From Candidatus Yanofskybacteria bacterium (GTDB taxonomy: Bacteria; Patescibacteriota; Minisyncoccia; 2-02-FULL-40-12; GWA2-44-9), in contig JADZAY010000008.1 of the NCBI GenBank assembly GCA_020852375.1, forward strand, positions 9,688 to 73,687: a DNA stretch of 64,000 nt. Reading direction: 5' to 3'. Below are positions 36,085 to 44,770 of the stretch, in pieces. A program made the position numbers and the translations under genes. The number at the start of each line of letters is the position of its first letter. Position 1 is the stretch's first letter. Below the pieces are notes generated by a model that had not been told where the DNA came from, searched no databases, and saw only the letters and a list, made by a program, of their open reading frames with translations.

Positions 36085-36471
36085 CTACGCGCCTGTATGT
36101 CTGCCCGCCTGGTGCTTCCAGCCGTAGAGCATGCGGCCGATCTCTTCCAGGCGGGCGGACAAGTCAGAAAACCTCGTCTCGCCGATTCCTTCAAGCTCCC
36201 ACAGCGCGGTGAGCATGAATTTTAAGACATCGTTTCGCGCGATGGCCCGTGCGAGGAGCGGCGGTCGTTCAAGCGAGGGAGCGAATTGCGCCGCGGCAAT
36301 CAGTTCTACGAGTTCCGCAAAGAGCGCGTCAATACGGATGCCAAGAGAGTAGCGACGCATCTTGGGGATGTGGCGCGTAATGGAATGCCATTGCACATAT
36401 GCAGCGAGCAGTTTTGCGGCAGTTCCGGAAATCCTGTCCGTGCGGATGTTTTTCGGGGGGGGGTGCTCCAT
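36085..36471 (-). CDS. avd: DGR accessory variability determinant (Avd-like four-helix bundle), antisense to TR/RT
   Basis: 128 aa, basic; IPKMRRYSLGIRID and LEEIGRMLYGW motifs; located between TR and RT. Confidence 0.85.
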   Translation of the reverse strand: MEHPPPKNIRTDRISGTAAKLLAAYVQWHSITRHIPKMRRYSLGIRIDALFAELVELIAAAQFAPSLERPPLLARAIARNDVLKFMLTALWELEGIGETRFSDLSARLEEIGRMLYGWKHQAGRHTGA

Positions 36472-36473
36472 GT

Positions 36474-37466
36474 ATGACTCTGAATGTAGCATACGACAGC
36501 ATATTTTCATACGAGCGGCTCTTCGCGAGCTGGCGTGCGTTTGCGCGCGGGAAGCGGCAGCGTGCGGACGTCGCCGCATACGCCGTGCGCCTGATAGACA
36601 ATATCTCGTCATTGCACCGTGACCTTGCGAACGGAACATGGCAGCATGGCGGGTATCGCCGTTTTTGTGTTTCCGATCCGAAACCGCGCATTATCCACAA
36701 GGCATCGGTACGCGACCGCATTGTCCACCACGCGATCATGTCCGCGCTCGGTCCGTACTTTGAGCGGCGATTCATTCCGGATTCATACTCCTGCAGAATC
36801 GGGAAGGGAACTCATTGTGCGCTGGGCAGGTTCGCGGAGTTCATCCGAAGCGGCAGTCGCAACGACACGCGCACCTGCTGGGTGCTCCAGTGTGACATTC
36901 GGAAGTGCTTCGCATCGCTTGATCAAAGGGTGCTCATCGCACTTCTTTCACGGCATGTACCCTGCGAGAAGTTGATGCGGGTGCTCCGGTCGGTCATTGA
37001 GAGTTACTCGTCCGGGGCATCGGGAGCTGGAATTCCGCTTGGCAACCTCACGAGCCAGCTGTTCGTAAATGTGTACCTTCATGAACTCGACAGGTTCATG
37101 GGGAAGACGCTTCGATGCTTGCAGTATATTCGCTACGCCGATGACTTTGCGGTAGTTTCTCCGAACCGCGCGTGGCTCATGTCACTCGTGCCGCATATCC
37201 GTAATTTTCTGGGCACTGCTCTCAAGTTGCAACTGCATCCGGGCAAACTCACTCTGCGGACAGTCGCTTCGGGCGTGGATTTCCTCGGGTGGGTCCATTT
37301 TCCGAACCACCGCGTCTTGCGCACGGCAACGAAGCGGCGAATGTTCCATGCATTGCGGCGATCCGCCGCGCTTCCGACGGTCGCGTCGTACCTTGGCTTG
37401 CTCGGCAATGGAAATACGCATCGCCTCGTGCAAATGGTCAGAGGGCTTGCTATACTCCACGAATAA
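36474..37466 (+). CDS. DGR reverse transcriptase
   Basis: DPKPRII, RDRIVHHA, SYSCRIGKGTH, CDIRKCF, GIPLGNLTSQLFVNVYL, YIRYADDF and GVDFLGW motifs; 330 aa with no maturase/endonuclease domain. Confidence 0.95.
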   Translation: MTLNVAYDSIFSYERLFASWRAFARGKRQRADVAAYAVRLIDNISSLHRDLANGTWQHGGYRRFCVSDPKPRIIHKASVRDRIVHHAIMSALGPYFERRFIPDSYSCRIGKGTHCALGRFAEFIRSGSRNDTRTCWVLQCDIRKCFASLDQRVLIALLSRHVPCEKLMRVLRSVIESYSSGASGAGIPLGNLTSQLFVNVYLHELDRFMGKTLRCLQYIRYADDFAVVSPNRAWLMSLVPHIRNFLGTALKLQLHPGKLTLRTVASGVDFLGWVHFPNHRVLRTATKRRMFHALRRSAALPTVASYLGLLGNGNTHRLVQMVRGLAILHE

Positions 37467-37468
37467 GC

Positions 37469-39343
37469 ATGACGGAGCGCATCTCGGAGCCAACACCGGA
37501 GCAGACCGCGCGGCGGGAAATGGCCGAGCGAATTTGGCGCGAGCATGGGAGGTATTTTGAATCGTATGCGGGCACGTATGGGTTGGAAGTCAAGCCGTCG
37601 CCTCCCGGACTGGGAACATTCGCTGTCAATTTGGAAAAAGGCATCCTCTATATCGCGACGGAGTGGTTCCTGGAGCGGGGATATTCCGAAGCGGAGATTC
37701 CCGCCTATGTACTGCACGAGATGGAGCATATGCGGGAAGCGGATGCGCTGGTGCGTACTCATGGCGGACTGGGGGTGTGGCGAGAGCACGGCAAGCGGTG
37801 CAAGGCCAGCCGACGATTCCGTATTTTAGATAACTGCGTAGATGACATCAAGATGAACCGGACCGTAATGCTCCGTGCGCCGGTACAGACAGAAACGCTT
37901 CTCGACTTTTATCGCAGGCGGTTCAATGGGGGAACGAATGATCTTTCGGGAGCGCCGCGGCATTTGCAGTTTGCGTACGCGCTCCTGCGGCTGGCAATGT
38001 TGCCTGATGAACCGGTCGTCGTGGCACCCGAAGTACGGGAGGCGCTGGACGAGCTGGAGGCGCTCCGTGGCCGAAGCGGTCGCACCGCGCTGGACATTAT
38101 GACGGATCCACAGGTGGATATGGCCACACGTCTTACGCTCCAGGAAAAAAACGTTGAACCGCTGTTCGAGCGGTTGTATGAGCGGGATCGTCGGGAGCGG
38201 CAACCGGAAAAACCGGGCGATAGCCAGGGCGGGGAGAAAAGTGGCGGCGAAGGCGGGGGCGAGGGCGACGATCCGTTCGCCAGCGAGTATGACCGTTTTG
38301 ATGCGCAGAATCCGGATGGAGCGCTCTCCGACGACGCGCTCGGGGACGCGGTGGACGAGGCGGATGCGTCCGGCGCGCTTGCGCGTCCGCGCGGCGGACA
38401 GCTGGCAGACGCGGCACGGGATGCTCGTTCTGCGTACGCTCGTGAACATGGCGTTTCCGAATCCGAACTTGCCGCATACCGGCGATTCTACGATCAGTTG
38501 ACAGCGCTTACTGACCCCGAAACGGGTCGCACGGTTGTTGACGGTTTGCGGGATGTGTTTGAGCAAATCATTTCGGAACGTGAGCGACCACGGGTGGTGC
38601 CGAAGCATCCGGTTATACATGGCCACCGGCTTTCACGGCCGGCACAGGCGCATATTGCGGCGCGAACGGGCGACCGGCACCCCTCTGTGTGGGAGACGGT
38701 CGAACGAAAGGAGAAAAAAGGCGAGCTGTACGGCGACGTTGATGTAGTGCTCGTCTGTGATCGGTCGGGGAGCATGCTCGGCCAGAAGGCAATCCAGCAG
38801 CGACTGGCGGCGGGTTTGATGCTGGAGGCGCTTGCCGACTTTTCCGAGCTCATCCATGAGCGTGCGAGCGGGCTGACCGATCCGCTGGTCGTGCGAACCC
38901 AGACGTGGTCGTTCGGTGACGAGGCGGTCACGAACGAGCTCAAGCCGTTGAGCGATAACCTAACCGAGCGCGATCGCGTGGCCGTGTTTCATGCGCTCGG
39001 CTCTACTCCGGGCAGCTCCACGATGGATTACGAAGCGCTCAAGCGTATTGCAGACGGCATTGATGCGGGCGAACAGCAACTGCTCCGTCAGAAAAAACTG
39101 AAGAAGATCATCATCGCGCTTACCGATGGCGTTAGTAGCGATATGCCCGCGTTGCGTGGCCAGATTGAGCGGCTCCGTGGCATGGGCGCGGTTGTTGTCG
39201 GTGTTGGTATCACCAAAGACGGCGTATCGGCCGAGACATCATATGCTCCGAACGGCCTTGTCTGTGCGGAGGTCGCAGCTCTGCCGCGCACGCTCGCCGA
39301 CCTATTGAAAAAGCATTTGGCTGACCTGAATGTCCGGCGGTGA
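37469..39343 (+). CDS. HExxH metallopeptidase-like N-terminus + C-terminal vWA domain protein
   Basis: VLHEMEH...LDNCVDDIKMN, a Gly/Glu-rich linker, then MIDAS DRSGS...T...LTDG. Starts 2 nt after the RT stop. Confidence 0.88.
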   Translation: MTERISEPTPEQTARREMAERIWREHGRYFESYAGTYGLEVKPSPPGLGTFAVNLEKGILYIATEWFLERGYSEAEIPAYVLHEMEHMREADALVRTHGGLGVWREHGKRCKASRRFRILDNCVDDIKMNRTVMLRAPVQTETLLDFYRRRFNGGTNDLSGAPRHLQFAYALLRLAMLPDEPVVVAPEVREALDELEALRGRSGRTALDIMTDPQVDMATRLTLQEKNVEPLFERLYERDRRERQPEKPGDSQGGEKSGGEGGGEGDDPFASEYDRFDAQNPDGALSDDALGDAVDEADASGALARPRGGQLADAARDARSAYAREHGVSESELAAYRRFYDQLTALTDPETGRTVVDGLRDVFEQIISERERPRVVPKHPVIHGHRLSRPAQAHIAARTGDRHPSVWETVERKEKKGELYGDVDVVLVCDRSGSMLGQKAIQQRLAAGLMLEALADFSELIHERASGLTDPLVVRTQTWSFGDEAVTNELKPLSDNLTERDRVAVFHALGSTPGSSTMDYEALKRIADGIDAGEQQLLRQKKLKKIIIALTDGVSSDMPALRGQIERLRGMGAVVVGVGITKDGVSAETSYAPNGLVCAEVAALPRTLADLLKKHLADLNVRR

Positions 39344-39409
39344 TATCTGAAACAGCGCGTGCATACGGCATGGATTGACTTTGATTCTCGTACGGCCTAC
39401 CATCGGGTT

Positions 39410-39679
39410 ATGGAAAAAGACGTGCGTGACGCCATCGAGGATTTAGCGCTTGTGACGGCTCGCGAGTTTCAAACACTTCGAGAAGATCTCAAGCAGTTTG
39501 CCACGAAAGAAGATCTCAAGCAGTTTGCCACGAAAGAAGATCTCGCGGCGGGATTTTCAATGGTGATGGATATTATTCGTCCTATGCGGCGGGATTATGA
39601 AGCTCTTAAAGACGACCTGGCGCCCCGGATGGATAGCGTGGAGCAGCGCCTGCTGAAGGTGGAGCACAAGGTTGCATAG
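39410..39679 (+). CDS. Small coiled-coil protein with ATKEDL-type repeats
   Basis: EDLKQFATK x2; TTGACT-17-TACCAT promoter 6 nt before the ATG. Confidence 0.75.
   Translation: MEKDVRDAIEDLALVTAREFQTLREDLKQFATKEDLKQFATKEDLAAGFSMVMDIIRPMRRDYEALKDDLAPRMDSVEQRLLKVEHKVA
39481..39544 (+). repeat. 27-bp in-frame tandem repeat (2.4 copies)
   Basis: AGAAGATCTCAAGCAGTTTGCCACGAA x2 plus AGAAGATCTC. Confidence 0.9.
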
Positions 39680-39802
39680 GCACTGGTGCCACTTCTTTTT
39701 CGTGCTCTTGAAGTAGTCCGCAGGGAGTGGCATAGTAGCGGCGCACCGTGACGGTGCTGTGCGGCATCTCGTCGCACACTCCCGTGAGGGGAGGGTTTGA
39801 CA

Positions 39803-40237
39803 ATGGCGAAAGGGAAAGAGCTTTCCGAGCGAGAGTTGGTAGCGCTGAGCGCCCTGAAGATCGCTCTCACCGCCGTCGCCGTTTCTCCGGTGTCGGTGAC
39901 CCATGTAAGGCGCTTCACGAAGGTGCGTGAGACCAACAAAGACGGGGTCCGTCGGTGCACAATGCGCTTGGCATTTGGTTTCCGGCGACTCGATGTTGAT
40001 GAGTGCGGCACGGGGACGGCGTCCATAACGCTTTGGCTTGTGGTTGCTGCGGACAGTGCAAAGCTGTGCTCCTACTACTCCGTGTGGGCTCCGGTTGATG
40101 CCCATATCACGGTAACGCAAGGGAAGGACCTGTTCCGCTTGCCCTTTGCCTGTCCCGTGAGTGCGGGCAGAGTTGGGACCGGTGAGCGCTCGTACTTCGT
40201 CGCTGTGCGGGGCGCTCTCAGTGTTCGCAAGAAGTAG
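39803..40237 (+). CDS. Hypothetical protein
   Basis: 144-aa ORF with GGGGAGG upstream; no motif recognised. Confidence 0.45.
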   Translation: MAKGKELSERELVALSALKIALTAVAVSPVSVTHVRRFTKVRETNKDGVRRCTMRLAFGFRRLDVDECGTGTASITLWLVVAADSAKLCSYYSVWAPVDAHITVTQGKDLFRLPFACPVSAGRVGTGERSYFVAVRGALSVRKK

Positions 40238-40532
40238 GCCTTCCGATCGCCCGACGCTATCCCTTTTTCGCGAGCAACGAAGTTGCTAGAATCCAATTGG
40301 CGGCGTGGCGAAGGAAAACGCGCAGGGCCTGCAAACCCTGTACTCGATGGGTTGGAATTCCCATCCGTCGCCTCCATCCTCATCCCCGGACACCTGTCCG
40401 GGGCTTTCGTTTTGATAATGCATACGGCGTTATCAAAACGGGCAGAATCGCAGCGGCTACGCCGCTTGGGCGATTCTGAGTTACCGTAAAGAGTCTATTT
40501 ATTTCAGCGGATTTCCATGCTAGGATGCCGTC

Positions 40533-40838
40533 ATGCTGACAGATGCAGAAGTAAATCATATCGCCAAACTTGCGCGCATCGAGCTCACCGATGCATTGCG
40601 TGAGCGGATGAAAAAAGACCTCTCGAGCGTGCTCGAGTATGTCGCATTGCTTGAGAAGGCCGATACCGCCGGCGTCGAGCCGTTGTATCAGGTGACCGGT
40701 CTTCAGAACCAAACCCGGCCCGACGAGCGTCGCGCCGATTTTCCCATGGACGCAGCGCTCTTCGAGCGCCTGGTCGGGCAGGCGCCGGCTCATGATGGGC
40801 GCCTTGTGAAGGTGAAGGCGGTTAAACGAACGACATGA
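40533..40838 (+). CDS. gatC: Asp/Glu-tRNA amidotransferase subunit C
   Basis: [13 protein letters not shown]...DTAGVEP; overlaps the gatA start. Confidence 0.9.
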   Translation: MLTDAEVNHIAKLARIELTDALRERMKKDLSSVLEYVALLEKADTAGVEPLYQVTGLQNQTRPDERRADFPMDAALFERLVGQAPAHDGRLVKVKAVKRTT

Positions 40839-42262
40839 AGGATTTCGGATATACTATCGCATCTGCACGGGAAGCATTTTTGTCGGGGACGCTCACGCCC
40901 GAGCGGTTGTTCGAGCACTACCAGCGTCGGATCGCCGAGCAGAACGGCACCCTGAACGCCTACCGTTCGGTCGATTTTTCATATGCTGACCACGGGCGCG
41001 ATGCGTCGATCCTTGCCGGGATTCCATATGCCCTGAAAGACAACATGCTTGTCGGCGGGACGATCGCGACAGCCGGATCGAAGATCCTCGAGCGCTATGT
41101 TTCCGCATACGATTCGACCGTGTACGCGAAGCTCCGATCCGGAGGCGCACAGCTTCTCGGGAAGACCAATATGGATGAGTTCGCTATGGGGTCGTCAGGG
41201 GAGAACAGTGCGTACGGTGTCGTACGGAACCCATGGGACACGGACCGTGTTCCCGGGGGAAGTTCCGCCGGCTCTGCTGCTGCCGTCGCCGCCGACCTGT
41301 GTGTATTTTCTCTGGGATCGGATACGGGCGGCTCGATCCGTCAGCCCGCCGCGATGTGTGGTGTGGTTGGGTTGAAGCCGACGTACGGCCGCGTGAGTCG
41401 GCATGGCTTGATGGCAATGGCATCGTCGCTTGACCAGATCGGGCCATTCACGAAGACCGTTGAAGACGCGGCGCTGGTGCTCGGTGCCATCGCAGGGCCG
41501 GATCCGCTTGATTCGACGACCGTTCCGCATGATGTGCCAGACTATGTAGCGGAAATGAACGGGGACATGACCGGCGTGCGCGTCGGTGTTCCAAAGGAAT
41601 ATTTTGGAGAAGGCTTGAGCGCCGAGGTTCGTGAGCGCGTCGAGGGGGGGATCCGCGCATTGGAGCGCGCGGGTGCCGAGATTGTTGAGGTATCGTTGCC
41701 GCACAGCGCATACGCGCTGGCGGTCTACTATATCGTTCAGCCGAGCGAAGTGTCTGCGAACCTTGCGCGATACGACGGCATTCGGTACGGGCACTCCGCT
41801 TCCGATGCCGATACGCTGCTGGAGGTATACACCAAGAGCCGTGCGCAGGGATTTGGACCCGAGCCGCTCCGGCGCATCATGCTCGGCACCTATGCGCTGT
41901 CGGCGGGGTATTTTGATGCCTATTATCTGAGGGCGCAAAAAGTCCGCGCGCTCATCCGGCAGGACTTCGATCGCGCGTTCGAGCGTGTCGATGTGATCGT
42001 CGGTCCGACGTCGCCGACCGTCGCGTTCAAAATTGGAGAGAAGAGCGATGACCCGCTTGCGATGTATCTCTCTGATATCTACACGGTGCCCGTGAACCTC
42101 GCAGGAGTACCGGCTCTTTCGGTGCCATGTGGGCTTGGCGCAGCATCCGGGTTGCCAGTCGGTTTCCATATCATCGGGGACATGTTCCGGGAGGGAATGG
42201 TCCTGCGCGTCGCGCGCCATATTGAACATGCTGTACGAGAATCTTCGGAACACACTCACTGA
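40835..42262 (+). CDS. gatA: Asp/Glu-tRNA amidotransferase subunit A
   Basis: [34 protein letters not shown] and RRIMLGTY motifs. Confidence 0.96.
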   Translation: MKDFGYTIASAREAFLSGTLTPERLFEHYQRRIAEQNGTLNAYRSVDFSYADHGRDASILAGIPYALKDNMLVGGTIATAGSKILERYVSAYDSTVYAKLRSGGAQLLGKTNMDEFAMGSSGENSAYGVVRNPWDTDRVPGGSSAGSAAAVAADLCVFSLGSDTGGSIRQPAAMCGVVGLKPTYGRVSRHGLMAMASSLDQIGPFTKTVEDAALVLGAIAGPDPLDSTTVPHDVPDYVAEMNGDMTGVRVGVPKEYFGEGLSAEVRERVEGGIRALERAGAEIVEVSLPHSAYALAVYYIVQPSEVSANLARYDGIRYGHSASDADTLLEVYTKSRAQGFGPEPLRRIMLGTYALSAGYFDAYYLRAQKVRALIRQDFDRAFERVDVIVGPTSPTVAFKIGEKSDDPLAMYLSDIYTVPVNLAGVPALSVPCGLGAASGLPVGFHIIGDMFREGMVLRVARHIEHAVRESSEHTH

Positions 42263-42842
42263 GCTTGCCGCGGCGCTCTTACTGAGGGGATCCGCGTGGG
42301 ATGACGCGTCTCTTCCGGCGCGTATCGGAGATGTTCTTCACAATAATGCTATCGCGGGGGATGCGCGCACGCTCATCTCGGAGATTGCATTCATTCTCTG
42401 CGTCGGATTGGTTGCGTTTATTGCATTCGTTGCGCGGCAGAAGCGCGCGCTCCAGGCAAAGCAGGCCGTTGCCGTGCCGGCTGCAGTTCCCGAGGCGGCG
42501 GAAGCGGTCGGCAATCAGCCTGTCGGGATGCTGCGGGCGCGGTGGGATGCGATCCTGAAGCATCTCGATTCGAATCGGGAAGGAGACTGGAAGCTTGCCG
42601 TGCTCGAGGCGGATAAGTTGGTGGAAGACGCACTGGCGCGGGCGGGATTCCCGGGAGATTCGTTCGGAGACCGCCTCACGAACATACAGCCCGGAACACT
42701 ACAGTCGCTCGACGGGATCTGGTGGGCGCACAAGGTCAGGAATCGGGTCGCACATGAGATCGATTACTTTCTCCGGTATACTGAAGCGAAGCAGGTGCTG
42801 GGATATTTTGAGACAGCGCTCGTTGAGCTGAACTTTCTGTGA
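42228..42842 (+). CDS. Hypothetical single-TM protein
   Basis: TM then [11 protein letters not shown]...[11 protein letters not shown] (RxxxxH, HEPN-like pattern). Start uncertain. Confidence 0.7.
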   Translation: MLYENLRNTLTELAAALLLRGSAWDDASLPARIGDVLHNNAIAGDARTLISEIAFILCVGLVAFIAFVARQKRALQAKQAVAVPAAVPEAAEAVGNQPVGMLRARWDAILKHLDSNREGDWKLAVLEADKLVEDALARAGFPGDSFGDRLTNIQPGTLQSLDGIWWAHKVRNRVAHEIDYFLRYTEAKQVLGYFETALVELNFL

Positions 42843-42847
42843 TCGGT

Positions 42848-44686
42848 ATGGCAACACTACCTGACATACTAAAATCTACGCGAACCCGGATCGTTGGTGC
42901 GGTCGCGGCCGGGATCGTCGTGCTTGGAACAACGGCGTACGGCTGGTACACCGCCGAGCGCATTGTCCCGAACACCTGGGTCGGTTCGGTTGATGTTGGC
43001 GGTCTGACGCGTGACGAGGCGGCGCTGCGGCTTCAGGACGAGTTAGACCGGGTGGCGGTTTCCGGCGTTCAGCTTTCCATCGATGGCGCCCCGCAGTCGA
43101 TCGACCTTGATACGGTTGGTTTTGACCTCAATATCGCGCAAGCGGTTGACGAAGCGTTCGTGCGAGGGCATGGCGGATCGCTGCCTGCGCGCCTCGGTGA
43201 GCGGATCCGTGCACTGTGGCACGCTGAGCGTGTTGCGGCTCCGATTCGTGTCGATGAGAATGCTCTCCGGGCACAGGTTGCAGAGGTTGCCGATGTGACT
43301 GACGTCGATCGGCGCGACGTCCGACTGGAGATCGAGGGAACGACGGTCCGCGTGCTTACCGATACGAAGCCTGGGAGGGCGATCAATCAGCAGGAGGCGT
43401 TCTCGGCGACGCTCGATACGCTTCGCGCGCTTGGTGGCGCATCGATCGCGCTGCAGTTGTACGACGACCCGCCGCGTATCGATCCTGCTACCGCGGACGA
43501 CGCCGCACTCGCTGCGCGCCGCATGATTGCGCGACCGCTTACACTCCAGTACGAAGACCTCTTTTTTACAATCAACCGAGAGAAGATCGGGTCCTGGATT
43601 GTTTCCCATGCGGGAGCCTCGGATGGGCCACAGCAACGGACGCTCGTCGCGAGCGTTGATCCGGCTTCTGTCGCAGCCTATGTGACAACGGTTGCCCGCA
43701 CACTGAATGTAGACCCGCAGCCGCCGCAGATTACCACAGAAGGAGGCCGCGTGACCGGATTCGTACCTCCGAAGGTCGGGCGTGCGGTGAAGGAGGACGT
43801 TCTGGTCCAAATGATTGTTGACGCACTCGCAAGTCGCGCATCGAACGGAAAGGTGGGGGATGTCCTCACGGTCCCGCTGAAGGCGACCAGTATGGCGCTC
43901 GAAGGACTTGATGCGGCGGCCGGCATCCGCGAGATCATCGGGCGCGCGACGACTCCGTTCGCGGGGAGCCCGAAGAACCGCATCAGCAACATCAAGAACG
44001 GGGTAAAGTTCCTGACCGGGGCCGTCGTGAAGGCGGGGGAGGAGTTCTCGACTCTGCAGACGCTGGGGACCATCGACAACACGACCGGATATCTCCCCGA
44101 GCTGGTCATCAAGGGAGATCGGACGCTTCCCGAGTTCGGGGGTGGGTTGTGCCAGGTCTCAACGACGCTGTTCCGCGCCGTGCTCAACGCCGGGTTGCCG
44201 GTGACCGCGCGCCGCAACCACAGCTACCGGGTCACCTACTACGAAAAGGATGGCGACGGGAAAAAGATCGGGCCCGGGCTTGATGCGACCATCTACGAGC
44301 CGAACGTAGACTTCAAATTCAAGAACGACACTGCGCATCCGATCCTGATCATCGGATATGTCATCGGCGATAAGGTCTCTTTCGACCTCTACGGTACGAA
44401 AGATGGCCGCACGAGTCAGCTTATCGGGCCGCGAACGCTCACCGAGACGCCCCCGGGCGAGCCGGTATATATTGAGACGACCGAGCTCGCGCCGGGGGTC
44501 GTCAAACAGGTTGAGACGCCGCATCCCGGCGGCTCGGCGGTTGCGACCTATGTCGTGACATATCCGGACGGGCACAAGGAGGTTCAGGAGTTCAAGAGCT
44601 GGTATCGTAAATGGCCGGCGAAGTATCTCAAGGGCGTCGCCCAGCTTTCCTCGACCCCGTCACCGCTCTCTGCGGCGCAAGAATAG
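42848..44686 (+). CDS. VanW family protein with peptidoglycan-binding repeats
   Basis: N-terminal TM; GGGLCQVSTTLFRA, RRNHS, GLDATIY and DFKFKNDT motifs. Confidence 0.9.
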   Translation: MATLPDILKSTRTRIVGAVAAGIVVLGTTAYGWYTAERIVPNTWVGSVDVGGLTRDEAALRLQDELDRVAVSGVQLSIDGAPQSIDLDTVGFDLNIAQAVDEAFVRGHGGSLPARLGERIRALWHAERVAAPIRVDENALRAQVAEVADVTDVDRRDVRLEIEGTTVRVLTDTKPGRAINQQEAFSATLDTLRALGGASIALQLYDDPPRIDPATADDAALAARRMIARPLTLQYEDLFFTINREKIGSWIVSHAGASDGPQQRTLVASVDPASVAAYVTTVARTLNVDPQPPQITTEGGRVTGFVPPKVGRAVKEDVLVQMIVDALASRASNGKVGDVLTVPLKATSMALEGLDAAAGIREIIGRATTPFAGSPKNRISNIKNGVKFLTGAVVKAGEEFSTLQTLGTIDNTTGYLPELVIKGDRTLPEFGGGLCQVSTTLFRAVLNAGLPVTARRNHSYRVTYYEKDGDGKKIGPGLDATIYEPNVDFKFKNDTAHPILIIGYVIGDKVSFDLYGTKDGRTSQLIGPRTLTETPPGEPVYIETTELAPGVVKQVETPHPGGSAVATYVVTYPDGHKEVQEFKSWYRKWPAKYLKGVAQLSSTPSPLSAAQE

Positions 44687-44770
44687 TGGTAGCGCGTCGC
44701 TCGGCGACCCACTATGTGGGTCGCTTATTTATCTTGAAAAAGCGGGGAAAGTTGCGTACCATGAACGAAT

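Larger units (their letters stand above)
33520..37466 (+). mobile_element. Diversity-generating retroelement (target-VR, TR, avd, RT)
   Basis: All four components lie within 4 kb, with adenine-specific TR/VR divergence. Confidence 0.95.

Noticed and set aside
35877-36212. ORF translating through TR (NANGNWNVPYANW...)
   Set aside because: TR is naturally open in the VR frame, has no convincing start context and overlaps avd; treated as non-coding template.
36474-37466. RT as group II intron, retron or CRISPR-associated RT
   Set aside because: Short RT with GNLTSQ, no maturase or Cas1 domain, and an adjacent TR/VR pair and avd identify it as a DGR RT.
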